Shown: positions 1 to 9,197, numbered from the stretch's first letter. The stretch is DNA of 64,000 nucleotides from Candidatus Daviesbacteria bacterium RIFCSPLOWO2_01_FULL_39_23 (GCA_001776935.1 MFDN01000005.1:68893-132892); one strand, 5' to 3'. Program-made: numbers and translations. Notes: generated from the letters alone by a model not told the origin.

Positions 1-56
1 GGTCCGCCAAAGGCGGACATGATATAGTCCTACCCCTACAGTAATGTAGAAAGGTG
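1..56 (+). ncRNA. Group I intron, 3' part (P8, J8/7-P7, P9, terminal G) inside tRNA-fMet; truncated by window edge
   Basis: Hairpin GTCCGCC-AAA-GGCGGAC, conserved S element GATATAGTCC (21-30), P9 TACA-GTAA-TGTA with GNRA loop, ending in G56 directly before CATAA of a tRNA 3' half. Confidence 0.85.
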
Positions 57-96
57 CATAATCTTGAGGCAGCGGGTCCGACTCCCGCCCCCGCAA
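57..96 (+). tRNA. tRNA-fMet(CAU) 3' exon (intron at 33/34)
   Basis: CAT-AA, anticodon 3' strand, T-arm GCGGG-TCCGACT-CCCGC, acceptor 3' strand CCCCGCA-A typical of initiator tRNA. Confidence 0.8.
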
Positions 97-102
97 CAAT
101 TT

Positions 103-456
103 TTATTTAAAGAAAACTTTCAACCAGCCTAGCCAGTTAGGAAGACGCACCGCTGCTGCTGACGAGCTTGCCCCCAACACCAGCTTTATCTTTTCCTCAG
201 GAATCACCACTATTGTCTCCCCTTTTTTTGTAAAGCCTAATTTATTCCTGACTTCTTCCTCTATAAACTGGGGAGATTGAATTTGGGAAAGTTTTTCTTT
301 TAAAGCCTTATTTTTAACCTCTAGCTTATTGACTTCATCTGCGGCGGCAGACAATCTTTCTCCCGATTTAGTTGCATCCATAATCTGAGCAATCAGATTG
401 TATGCCACCACCAAACTCACCAATATAATCAATCCCAGCACTATCTTTTTACTCAT
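103..456 (-). CDS. Septum formation initiator, FtsB/DivIC family
   Basis: N-terminal TM helix, coiled coil, IEEEVRNKLGFTKKGE motif. Confidence 0.85.
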   Translation of the reverse strand: MSKKIVLGLIILVSLVVAYNLIAQIMDATKSGERLSAAADEVNKLEVKNKALKEKLSQIQSPQFIEEEVRNKLGFTKKGETIVVIPEEKIKLVLGASSSAAAVRLPNWLGWLKVFFK

Positions 457-514
457 TTTTAGAAATATTCACCCTTGACATTCGTATCCTATAACATTAA
501 AATATGTACTTAAT

Positions 515-1378
515 ATGATTACTCTACGCGATGCACATCAACAATTCGTCGGTCACCTGCAAGGCAAGTCACGGGCCTCAGCTACCATTTTAGCTTATGG
601 CAAAGACATTGAACAACTGGTGAATTTTTTGCAGGGAATAAACAAAACCAATCCTGCTTCTGTTGAAACTTCTGATTTAGAAACCTTTATGCAGAAGCTT
701 GCAAACGAAAACTATACTCCTAAGTCAATCTCAAGAAAGACCAATTCCACCCGGACTTTTTTCAAATTCCTAAAATCTTCAAATTTGATAGAAAAAGATC
801 CTGCTGATATATTGGAACATCCCAAATTCGAGAATAAACCTCCGAGAATTTTGGCAAAATTGGAGTACCGGGCGCTCCGCGACGCCGCCAGATCAGATAT
901 CAGAATGCTTGCAGTAATAGAGCTTTTACTCCAAACCGGCATCAGAATCGGAGAGCTTGCGAAACTGCGGGTTGAAGACATTGACCTTACAAATTTCACT
1001 ATCCATGTTCCCCCATTTGAGGATACCCGAGAAAGAACCATTCCCTTAAACAAATCCGCAGCAGAAGCTGTTAAAAATTATTTGCCTATACGGGCAAAAA
1101 CCCCAAATCACGCTTTATTTGTCACCAAAACCGGCAGGCCTTTGCTTATCAGGAATATCCGTACAGCCATTGATAGATACTTTAAGATTGCAGGCATAAA
1201 AGGCGCTAAAGTTAATGATTTAAGACATACCTGGGTAGCATTTCAGCTGCAATCAGGGGTACCTATGACTATGGTCTCAAAATTAGCCGGTCATAAAAGA
1301 CTTTCTACTACTGAAAAATACCTTCAATTTATCCAGGGCCAGACAGTTGAGGGCAAAGTCAAATTAGAAGAACTATAA
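515..1378 (+). CDS. XerC/XerD-type tyrosine recombinase
   Basis: SAM-like N-domain, TGIRIGE, LRHT (N at the usual first His), LAGH...TTEKY catalytic Tyr. Confidence 0.9.
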   Translation: MITLRDAHQQFVGHLQGKSRASATILAYGKDIEQLVNFLQGINKTNPASVETSDLETFMQKLANENYTPKSISRKTNSTRTFFKFLKSSNLIEKDPADILEHPKFENKPPRILAKLEYRALRDAARSDIRMLAVIELLLQTGIRIGELAKLRVEDIDLTNFTIHVPPFEDTRERTIPLNKSAAEAVKNYLPIRAKTPNHALFVTKTGRPLLIRNIRTAIDRYFKIAGIKGAKVNDLRHTWVAFQLQSGVPMTMVSKLAGHKRLSTTEKYLQFIQGQTVEGKVKLEEL

Positions 1379-1477
1379 ATTAACAATTTCCTTACAGCTT
1401 AACTATTTAACAAATATTGACAAAATAACTCTATAGTTTTAGTATTAGGCCGTTGTAAATTTAGCACATCTTTATTT

Positions 1478-2365
1478 ATGTCAGCTAATTTAGAGACTAA
1501 ACTTAGGGAGGGATTTTATAATACTGCCGCAGCAATTCCTCAACATCTAAAAAATCACACGAAAACAGAGCTTGATGCAGAATTTCATCCTCTTTTTGAA
1601 GCTATCGCTACTCACGGATTGATTCCTTTGTTTACTACCGATAGATATGACCAAGATCTTCAGGGTGCAAGCAGAAATGCAATGCGAAGGCCATTTGGTA
1701 TTGTATTAAACACTTTATCTCCTAGTATTCAACTACTTCTTTATCCTGAAATAGTATATAAACCTATTGCTGAAGATAGAACTATTGCTAAAGAAGAAGG
1801 ACTAGAAGTAAGAACTAAAGGACCTCAAGCAATGCTTTATGTCCTTGATGAGTATGCTGGAGAAGTTGGTCAGGTAGAAAACCTTACTGCTAACATTATA
1901 TTCTCTGGTCATATGGCAGATGCTGCCTTAAATAATAGATTTCCTTTTAAAACGGGTGAGAGATCTTCAGAATTTCAAAAAGCAGTCAAAGAGGCTTTTG
2001 AAAAAGCACAAAGATATGTTTTGGCTCTTGAGGAAGAAAGTAGAGGTAAATTATTGCCCAGGATCTCCAAGTTGGGTGATCTTAATGAGATAGCATTAAA
2101 ACAAACCGCTAGGAATTTTGTCCTTTATGAGGTCGAACCCTTAAAAACTCAAGGCTTAATAGAGGTACCACTAAAGGATGATATAAACTTATCCCCAGCA
2201 GATGCAATCGCCACTGGGCAAACTTATTTACATTGCGACGAGAGAGAACTCCCATTTATAAACCCGTTAGGAGACTCATCTTATACAGGAGTACATGCTG
2301 AAGCTTGGTCGGAAATAGATGGGATAGAGATAATCACCTTTATGGTAGGTATGTTACACAAGTAG
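1478..2365 (+). CDS. Hypothetical protein (295 aa)
   Basis: Long ORF with upstream TTGACA; no family recognised. Confidence 0.7.
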   Translation: MSANLETKLREGFYNTAAAIPQHLKNHTKTELDAEFHPLFEAIATHGLIPLFTTDRYDQDLQGASRNAMRRPFGIVLNTLSPSIQLLLYPEIVYKPIAEDRTIAKEEGLEVRTKGPQAMLYVLDEYAGEVGQVENLTANIIFSGHMADAALNNRFPFKTGERSSEFQKAVKEAFEKAQRYVLALEEESRGKLLPRISKLGDLNEIALKQTARNFVLYEVEPLKTQGLIEVPLKDDINLSPADAIATGQTYLHCDERELPFINPLGDSSYTGVHAEAWSEIDGIEIITFMVGMLHK

Positions 2366-2439
2366 ATGGAGATCGGTTATGTCTTGATTTTAAACTTGAT
2401 AGTACTCATTTCCCCTCGCCATACGGCTTCTTTGACATA

Positions 2440-2766
2440 ATGGAAATTCAAGGACCACCCAAAGACGGATCTGAGCAACATATACTTATTGGCCAGGAAG
2501 TTAATAGGAAGATGGAACCCTTAGCTATGTCAGCAATATTTGCTCAACCCCAAAGAAATATTGGAGAGATATATAGAGAATTACCAGATAAACTAGTTTA
2601 TCCTGTTGTAGTGGCTGGTGATTTTAATTTTTCAATTCCAAGTATTAAGGAAAGATTAGAACAGCTAGCAGCTGATAAAGGTACAAAAGTTGAGATAGCC
2701 GCAGTTTTAAGGGATATTTTGACACTAGCTTCCCAAGATAAACTCAATAGATTAGCTACTAAATAA
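2440..2766 (+). CDS. Hypothetical protein (start likely ATG 2440)
   Basis: In-frame ATG within ORF 2305-2766 avoids overlap with the upstream gene. Confidence 0.55.
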   Translation: MEIQGPPKDGSEQHILIGQEVNRKMEPLAMSAIFAQPQRNIGEIYRELPDKLVYPVVVAGDFNFSIPSIKERLEQLAADKGTKVEIAAVLRDILTLASQDKLNRLATK

Positions 2767-2807
2767 TATTTCTGTCATAATTATCAAACGGATTTATCCA
2801 AAAAGAG

Positions 2808-2825
2808 GTAGGCGGACCAGGATTG
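2808..2825 (-). pseudogene. Relic 3' end of a second tRNA just downstream of tRNA-Ile
   Basis: Minus strand CAATCCTGGTCCGCCTAC parallels the tRNA-Ile end GATTCCTTCCGGGCCTAC. Confidence 0.45.
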
Positions 2826-2828
2826 ATG

Positions 2829-2899
2829 TAGGCCCGGAAGGAATCGAACCCTCGTCTTGATTGTATAAGAATCAGGTATTACCATTATACGACGGGCCT
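2829..2899 (-). tRNA. tRNA-Ile(UAU)
   Basis: Cloverleaf AGGCCCG/CGGGCCT, D-stem GTAT/ATAC, anticodon arm TGATT-CT TAT AC-AATCA, T-arm GAGGG-TTCGATT-CCTTC, discriminator A; no encoded CCA. Confidence 0.9.
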
Positions 2900-2907
2900 G
2901 AGCGGGC

Positions 2908-3603
2908 TTAATTGTACCAAAATTTATCACTCTTTGCTCCATAGAATTCACTTATAGCCTTAATAGACATTGCTATCTTCTCACTTAAATCAACGCTGAA
3001 ACAAAGTAAATTGCATGTTCCATGACCAAAGCTTTTGTAGGTTATGCCCTCTCTATTAGTTTTTTTTACATAAGAGGCTTTGAATTGACACTTAGGAATA
3101 TTTAAAGTATCTGACCAAAAAGACTCTTCCGCATTTCGATCCATATCCTTATAAAGATGCAGTCTAACATAGACTTTTTCCTTTTGAACTCCTAAAACCT
3201 TAGTAAGCCAATGTAGTGCAAATTTTATAACCCGTGGGTCTGTATTACTAATAGCAACTGTGCCTCGTTGCTTGCTTCCCTCCCCCCAATAAAGAAATAC
3301 TCCTGCAATAAAGAGTTCTTTTTCTGTCAAAGGCAATAGAACTTTTTCCTGTTCTGATAGCTTGGTTTTTAATCTTGCAATCCATTTATTTCGTGCTGTT
3401 TGACGAAATTTTTCAATTCTAATATCTCTTGAGATAAGTCTATTTTTAGACAACAAAAGAATTTGCTCTTCGGATAGAGGAAGATTTCTTAACCAGCCGC
3501 TAAGAGTGCTCTTAGCAACCCCTAATTCGCGTTTGATTTGCCCGAAAGTATAACCCTGAAGTCTCAGCTTAATTGATTCCCCGCGTAGAACAGTTTTTGC
3601 CAT
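2908..3603 (-). CDS. HTH + single-motif LAGLIDADG-like endonuclease (copy 1)
   Basis: N-terminal HTH (GYTFGQIKRELGVAKSTLSGW), FIAGVFLYWGEGSK helix, SNTDP; homologous to 33437-34132. Confidence 0.7.
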   Translation of the reverse strand: MAKTVLRGESIKLRLQGYTFGQIKRELGVAKSTLSGWLRNLPLSEEQILLLSKNRLISRDIRIEKFRQTARNKWIARLKTKLSEQEKVLLPLTEKELFIAGVFLYWGEGSKQRGTVAISNTDPRVIKFALHWLTKVLGVQKEKVYVRLHLYKDMDRNAEESFWSDTLNIPKCQFKASYVKKTNREGITYKSFGHGTCNLLCFSVDLSEKIAMSIKAISEFYGAKSDKFWYN

Positions 3604-3660
3604 CTCGTACTCAGCATATTATTTGTATGAACATCTGTCAATGGTACGATTTTTATAACT

Positions 3661-6009
3661 TTATAACCTGGCTCTTGAGGCCAGTTCTGCCTCAACCTGC
3701 ACTACATCCTTACCATGCTTTAACCTGGATAATTCCCTTATTGCCTGACCGATTTGGGGATTTAACATTGCTTTCCATTTTTTCATATCTTTGGTGGTAT
3801 CCAAAGAAAACGGCACCACCGGCTCGCCGTTTACTATGGTTTTAATATAAACATGAGGTGATTCTATATTAACCAAATCTGCCTCTGAAAATGTGGGAGA
3901 AAATTCATGCTGCAGATAATTGGCATCATTGACTCCGACCCGGAAAGCAATCACTGTACCCACATTTCCGAATACGGCATTTTTTAAATCCTCCCCGATT
4001 TGACCGATAAACTGGTTGGCCACCACTAAATTAAGCCTGTATTTTCTGGCCTCCGATAAAATATCTGCAAAAGTATCTGTGGCAAAATTTTGAAACTCAT
4101 CAACATACAGGTAAAAATCCCTTCTTTGCTCCATTGCCATATCTGTCCGCGACATGGCTGCAGCTAAAATCTTCGGCACCAGGATCAAACCTAAGAAGTT
4201 GGAATTTTCTTCCCCTATTTTTCCTTTGGACAAATTCATAATCAGAATTTTTCCTTCATCCATCACTTTGCGCAAATTAAAAGCAGATTTTGACTGGCCA
4301 ATTATATTCCGCATCATTTTATTGGTGACAAAACGGCCGAATTTGGAAACCGTATAATCCAAAACCTCTGATTTATGAAAATCCGTAGTTTGGGCAATCT
4401 GATCTGTCCAGTAACGCCTGACAACCGGATCAGTAACTTTGGGCAGAAGCTCTTTTACAAACTCCGCATCAGTCATAATCCTAACCACCTCCACAAAAGT
4501 GGCTCCCGGATTACTCATGGCAGTTAACATGGCATTTCTGACACCGTGCTCAAAACGCGGACCGATAATACCGGTTTTATTTGGATCAAAAAGCTTGTAC
4601 ATCAAACCAATAATGGAGGACACCACAAAATGCTTTTGCTGCTCATCATATGCTTCAAGCATGTTTAATCCGAAAGGCCGGGTCATATCCGAAGGATCAA
4701 AATAAATTACGTCTTCTGCCCGCTCCGGAGGAATCAATTGCAAAAGCTCCTCTGCAGCATCACCGTGAGGATCGATAAAACACAAACCTTTACCTGCCCG
4801 AATATCCTGCAGCATCAATGTTTTTAAAAGTTCAGACTTGCCAGTACCGGTTCTTCCGATTATATACATGTGCTTACGCCTGTCATCTTCCGAAAGATAC
4901 ACCGGACGGTCCACTCCCCGGAAGACAGATCTCCCAAGGTATAGTCCGGAAACAGGTATTTTCTCCGGAGCAGGAGCCCGTTTCGAGGAAAGCCAGCTGA
5001 TATACGGAGTTTCTATAGACTTGTTCGGAAAATGAAAAATTGAAGCCAGCTCATCAGCTGTAAGTACCGGAACTTTGGAATACCGGGGCATATAACGATA
5101 GATAAAATCAGTTAAAAAGCCTTTTTCCGAATAAACCTTGCCGCCGGTAAAACCATTATAAGGACCGGAGAATTGCTCAAAAGCCGCTTTTATATTAGTT
5201 AAATGAGCTTTAGCGGATTCTTCTGAGGCGCTTGAGACGGCAATCCGCAAACTTACATCAAATCCGGCTTTAACAACTTTATTCTCAACCGCTTCAAGCT
5301 GTTTGGCATCAGGCGGAGCTTTGGGATTTTTTTCATCTCCCGGCTCTTTTTCTTTTTTTAGCCATTTTTTGCCTGCATCTTTCCAAACACTTCCTGAGGG
5401 AGAAATCATCAATTGGATTGCCGCTCCTTCATTAAGCTGCATCTTGGCAAGAGCAGAAGTAATTCCAGAAAGCGGATCTGTCGGCAGATCGCGAAAAGTC
5501 TTTATAGGAAAATGGTCAGCGCTTTTTAACTTCAATTGGGCATAAGCTGTCTCCCCTGTCTCAGAAAAGATATTGTATTCCGAAACTTCTTTAATTTCTG
5601 CATCAGGATAAGCTCCGTGAATTTGTTTTTCAATCAGATCCTGATGGGACTTATGGCAGGAAATAAAAAACCTGATAGACTCATGCAGGGCCACAATCTC
5701 AAAAGAAAGATGAGGCTGGGGGATAAAAGAGCTAAACATGCCTCCGGATTTTCTAAGGGAAGCCAGGGTGGCAAAAAGCTGTTCAGCGGCATCTATTTTG
5801 ATTTCGTTTCCCCTGGGGACTTTAATTTGCAAAAGCACAAACTGCAAAGAAGATTTTTCCCGGCCCCGGTATTTGATCCAACCCACCAGGTATTTTTTTA
5901 AAAACAAAAAAATACCCACAAAAAAGATAACAACCCCTAAGATTGCCACCATTGCCGCCGCTATTGAATTAAAATCTACTGCCCCCCGTGTTGTTTGTGT
6001 GACTTCCAT
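3661..6009 (-). CDS. VirB4/TraD/HerA-like P-loop ATPase with N-terminal TM (CPR type IV secretion-like coupling protein)
   Basis: Walker A GRTGTGKS, IDPHGD, Walker B LYVDEFQNF, LSEARKY, ANQ. Confidence 0.85.
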   Translation of the reverse strand: MEVTQTTRGAVDFNSIAAAMVAILGVVIFFVGIFLFLKKYLVGWIKYRGREKSSLQFVLLQIKVPRGNEIKIDAAEQLFATLASLRKSGGMFSSFIPQPHLSFEIVALHESIRFFISCHKSHQDLIEKQIHGAYPDAEIKEVSEYNIFSETGETAYAQLKLKSADHFPIKTFRDLPTDPLSGITSALAKMQLNEGAAIQLMISPSGSVWKDAGKKWLKKEKEPGDEKNPKAPPDAKQLEAVENKVVKAGFDVSLRIAVSSASEESAKAHLTNIKAAFEQFSGPYNGFTGGKVYSEKGFLTDFIYRYMPRYSKVPVLTADELASIFHFPNKSIETPYISWLSSKRAPAPEKIPVSGLYLGRSVFRGVDRPVYLSEDDRRKHMYIIGRTGTGKSELLKTLMLQDIRAGKGLCFIDPHGDAAEELLQLIPPERAEDVIYFDPSDMTRPFGLNMLEAYDEQQKHFVVSSIIGLMYKLFDPNKTGIIGPRFEHGVRNAMLTAMSNPGATFVEVVRIMTDAEFVKELLPKVTDPVVRRYWTDQIAQTTDFHKSEVLDYTVSKFGRFVTNKMMRNIIGQSKSAFNLRKVMDEGKILIMNLSKGKIGEENSNFLGLILVPKILAAAMSRTDMAMEQRRDFYLYVDEFQNFATDTFADILSEARKYRLNLVVANQFIGQIGEDLKNAVFGNVGTVIAFRVGVNDANYLQHEFSPTFSEADLVNIESPHVYIKTIVNGEPVVPFSLDTTKDMKKWKAMLNPQIGQAIRELSRLKHGKDVVQVEAELASRARL

Positions 6010-6012
6010 TAT

Positions 6013-6318
6013 TTATGCAGCTTCCTTTTGTAAAAACCGCTTACCTGAAGCTATTGTAACCGGCACTGATCCTTCAACGCTCCGCTCTCCAGTTGATAAA
6101 CCACCACCCCCTGTCTGTTCTTTGATAGTGCTTCCTACTACGTACGTAGCATTACCAAGCATATCTCTTATATTCTCCAGTGGAGATTGATCGTTTGGAT
6201 TAACAGAAACCGGGGTAGTTGTGTATCCACCCTGATTTAATAAATCGCTAGCCTTTCGGTGCAATTCCGGCGTAGGGTCTGCAGATTCAATTATTCCTTT
6301 TGGGACAGGTTCATGCAT
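6013..6318 (-). CDS. Hypothetical protein
   Basis: ORF tightly packed between neighbours. Confidence 0.55.
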   Translation of the reverse strand: MHEPVPKGIIESADPTPELHRKASDLLNQGGYTTTPVSVNPNDQSPLENIRDMLGNATYVVGSTIKEQTGGGGLSTGERSVEGSVPVTIASGKRFLQKEAA

Positions 6319-6337
6319 GAATATATTATCTCACATT

Positions 6338-6631
6338 TTAACGGATAAGTATCACCCTGCCGACAATCTGAGAATCATTAATTTCCCCAAAATTTCTGCT
6401 GTCCGTACTTTCCTTAGCATTATCTCCCCTCACATAAATCCTGCTATTTTTATACATATGCACGCGCTTGATTATTTCACGGCTATTTTGCCTGACAACA
6501 ACTATATCCCCTGCTTTCGGCTTTAAAAAAACATATGCCCAATTAAAACACAATACATCCTGACCCGGCTTTAGAGTTGGCAACATGCTGTTGCCATGAA
6601 TTATAAATTTGGAAAAAGGAAAAATAGCCAT
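6338..6631 (-). CDS. sodX: Nickel-SOD maturation protease (S26 family)
   Basis: GNSMLPTL, IIKRV, GDN...STDSR.FG motifs; directly downstream of sodN. Confidence 0.85.
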   Translation of the reverse strand: MAIFPFSKFIIHGNSMLPTLKPGQDVLCFNWAYVFLKPKAGDIVVVRQNSREIIKRVHMYKNSRIYVRGDNAKESTDSRNFGEINDSQIVGRVILIR

Positions 6632-6705
6632 CAGTCATCAGTCTTCAGCTATCAGACGCTTTAATTCTTGCTGATCTGATGACTGACAGCTGATAGCTGA
6701 CGACT
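6631..6705. repeat. Inverted pair of heptamer tandem tracts (TCAGNNN / CTGANNN)
   Basis: TCAGTCA TCAGTCT TCAGCTA TCAG ... CTGATGA CTGACAG CTGATAG CTGACGA. Confidence 0.8.
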
Positions 6706-7129
6706 ACTTTTTAGTTTCTTCAAAAATCCCAGCAATCTCGTCTACAGCTTCAATTAACTCCTGAGCCTTGGCTTCATCTACTGCCCTTTTGTTATCAGAG
6801 CACAACTTCGCTGTTTTCCAAATTAACTCATGCAAATTGGGGAATTTTTCCAGGTGTTCAGCCTTAAAATAATCTGTCCATAAAACCAAAACTTCTTTCT
6901 TGCAAATTTCAGCATGAGCTTCTTTTACCATAACCATACGCACAAAATTGTTCCTGTCTAAAACTTGAGGATTTTCTCTGGGCAGCTCATTTATCTTTTG
7001 TACCATAGTCAAAACAGTCTTAGCGGCAATTTGGGCAGGTTTTGGGTCATAAATGCCGCACGGAATATCGCAATGAGCATAAACAGGCTTAGCCGGAAGA
7101 AGTTTCAGCAGTGTTTTTTTTAAATTCAT
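6704..7129 (-). CDS. sodN: Nickel superoxide dismutase precursor
   Basis: Leader peptide followed by Ni-hook HCDIPCGIYDP; LWTDYFK. Confidence 0.95.
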   Translation of the reverse strand: MNLKKTLLKLLPAKPVYAHCDIPCGIYDPKPAQIAAKTVLTMVQKINELPRENPQVLDRNNFVRMVMVKEAHAEICKKEVLVLWTDYFKAEHLEKFPNLHELIWKTAKLCSDNKRAVDEAKAQELIEAVDEIAGIFEETKK

Positions 7130-7181
7130 TAAATTAAATTTTACCGTTATTTTTTATGATTTAAGTAAGTTTCTATACAAT

Positions 7182-8141
7182 TTATTGTAAGATTCCGTTC
7201 CCTTCGGAAGGCAATTCCAACTTCTGCAAATATTCTTCTACGTTTAAGGCAGCTTTACAGCCGGCGCCGGCTGCTGTCACTGCCTGTCTGTAGCGGTGGT
7301 CTGCCAAATCGCCTGCAACATACACCCCCGGAATTTTAGTATAGACTTCATCCTCCACCAATACATAACCTTTTTCGTCCAGCTCCAGTTCTCCCTTTAA
7401 AAACCCTGTATTGGGTTTATGTCCGATGGCAATAAATACTCCGTCAACCTCCAGCTGGCTAATCTTCCCAGTTTGGGTATTTTTTATTTTCACTCCTGTG
7501 ACTTTTTCTTGTCCTAATACTTCTTCAAGTTGTGAATTCAGGATGAAATCAACATTTTTTTTACTCTTTACCAGTTCCTGTAAAGCAGGCTGGGCGCGTA
7601 ATTTATCTCTCCTGTGCACCACGCTCACTTGCTTGCACATACGGGACAGGTAATTTACCTCCCTCATGGCTGTATCTCCGCCGCCTACCACAATCACTTT
7701 TTTGTCTTTAAAAAAGAACCCGTCGCAGACTGCACAAGCAGATACACCCCTGCCGCGAAGACGTTGCTCAGACTCCAACCCCAACCACATTGCTGAAGCC
7801 CCTGTGGCAATAATTAAGCTTTCAGTCGTCAGCTGTCGGCTTTCAGACTGAACTACAAATGGTTTTTTCTTGAGATCCACAGAAATTACATCCTCATTTA
7901 TAAAACGGGTATCAAATCGCTCGGCCTGCTTGCGCATTTTTGCCATCAGATCAGGCCCCAAAACGCCGTTTTCAAACCCCGGATAATCATCAACATCCGT
8001 TGTCCACATGAGTTGTCCCCCCGCTTCCCTGCCCGCAATAACCAAAGGATTTAAATTTCCCCGGGCAGCATAAATTGCGGCTGTCAAACCAGCCGGGCCT
8101 GACCCGATAATAATCAATTTCTCTATTTTTTTATTTGCCAT
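7182..8141 (-). CDS. trxB: Thioredoxin reductase
   Basis: GSGPAG, GGQL, CAVCDG, GGGDTA, GD...RQA. Confidence 0.95.
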   Translation of the reverse strand: MANKKIEKLIIIGSGPAGLTAAIYAARGNLNPLVIAGREAGGQLMWTTDVDDYPGFENGVLGPDLMAKMRKQAERFDTRFINEDVISVDLKKKPFVVQSESRQLTTESLIIATGASAMWLGLESEQRLRGRGVSACAVCDGFFFKDKKVIVVGGGDTAMREVNYLSRMCKQVSVVHRRDKLRAQPALQELVKSKKNVDFILNSQLEEVLGQEKVTGVKIKNTQTGKISQLEVDGVFIAIGHKPNTGFLKGELELDEKGYVLVEDEVYTKIPGVYVAGDLADHRYRQAVTAAGAGCKAALNVEEYLQKLELPSEGNGILQ

Positions 8142-8144
8142 AAC

Positions 8145-8435
8145 CTAGTTTCCACTTGGGCTGACACGGGCGCTTACGCGCGGACTCACCTTAGGTTTAG
8201 CGCTTGGCGTGGCAGTTTTTGTTGATCCGGTAGCTTCTTTTATTCCCGGGGTGGCAGACGGGCTGGATGTTTGAATTACTGAAGCTATCGGAGTCGGTGT
8301 TAATTGCACCTGTTCTTCTATATTAGGCGAAATAACGGGTGAAACCTTACTTCTAAGCCACACCAAATATCCCGCAATAACCACCAACACTAAAATAACA
8401 ACAACTATTGAGACATTTTTATTCATTCTGTACAC
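8145..8435 (-). CDS. Small membrane-anchored Ser/Thr/Pro-rich protein
   Basis: N-terminal TM, low-complexity tail. Confidence 0.6.
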   Translation of the reverse strand: MYRMNKNVSIVVVILVLVVIAGYLVWLRSKVSPVISPNIEEQVQLTPTPIASVIQTSSPSATPGIKEATGSTKTATPSAKPKVSPRVSARVSPSGN

Positions 8436-8482
8436 CTCCCCCCGGGCATTTGCCGCTATCTTAAACCTTTTTTGGCTGTAAA

Positions 8483-8577
8483 ATCAACCCTTCGATTACA
8501 CTCAGGGTTGATCTCTTCGAGTCTGAGGACGAGATCGCCAGACCTCAGAGTCGAAGACCTGAGCCGGTCGAAGGATC
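8483..8577. repeat. Nested REP-like palindromes (CCTTCGA-N4/5-CTCAGG family)
   Basis: Outer CCTTCGATTACACTCAGG ... CCTGAGCCGGTCGAAGG; inner TCTTCGAGTCTGAGG ... CCTCAGAGTCGAAGA. Confidence 0.75.
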
Positions 8578-9197
8578 AATACAGAAGCAAAAAGACCAGT
8601 GGCTAAACCCAACAACGCGCCTCCGAAAATATCAGACACCCAGTGCTCACCCAAATAAACTCTGGTTAGCCCCATTAAAAGAGCAAAAAGCAGAATTGAG
8701 CACAAAATAAAAAATCGCGGCACAATATTTTTTGAAGAGAAAATCACCATACAGCAAAAAATCGTCACAATAAAAATAGTCCGGGTCATGTGTCCGGAAG
8801 GATAGGAAAAATCCGTATGGACATAAAAACTAGGTAGAGATGTGGGTGTAAGACTCCGGTGGAAAAAAACCGGAGGACCAGGATGAAAAAGGATTAATTT
8901 CCCAAACACCTCTGCCGCTGTTGCCGGAATAATCATCAGCCAACCTGCAATAGCCAGCCATCTTTTCTTTAATAGATATAAAAACGCTGCTGCCAAACAA
9001 AATCCCACTGTGATTTCTGCGCTTCCTATAAGCGAGAAGTATGAAAAAATTCCATCAAATTTTTGCGGAATGCGGTCCTGCAGTTTAACCGTGGTATCAA
9101 AATCAATTTTTTGCCACCGCTCTTTTGCCACTGAATAGGAAAAGTACGTAAACAGAAAGGCGAAAAGAAGCGAAAGCAGTAATAATTTAATTCTCAC
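8502..9197 (-). CDS. PAP2-family phosphatase
   Basis: FSYPSGH, TRVYLGEHWVSD, several TM helices; C-terminal tail derives from the repeat. Confidence 0.9.
   Translation of the reverse strand: MRIKLLLLSLLFAFLFTYFSYSVAKERWQKIDFDTTVKLQDRIPQKFDGIFSYFSLIGSAEITVGFCLAAAFLYLLKKRWLAIAGWLMIIPATAAEVFGKLILFHPGPPVFFHRSLTPTSLPSFYVHTDFSYPSGHMTRTIFIVTIFCCMVIFSSKNIVPRFFILCSILLFALLMGLTRVYLGEHWVSDIFGGALLGLATGLFASVLILRPAQVFDSEVWRSRPQTRRDQP

Noticed and set aside
515-1378. Tyrosine recombinase as integrase of an island between tRNA-fMet and tRNA-Ile
   Set aside because: It looks like a housekeeping Xer protein (short, no arm-binding domain), and no flanking direct repeat was found.
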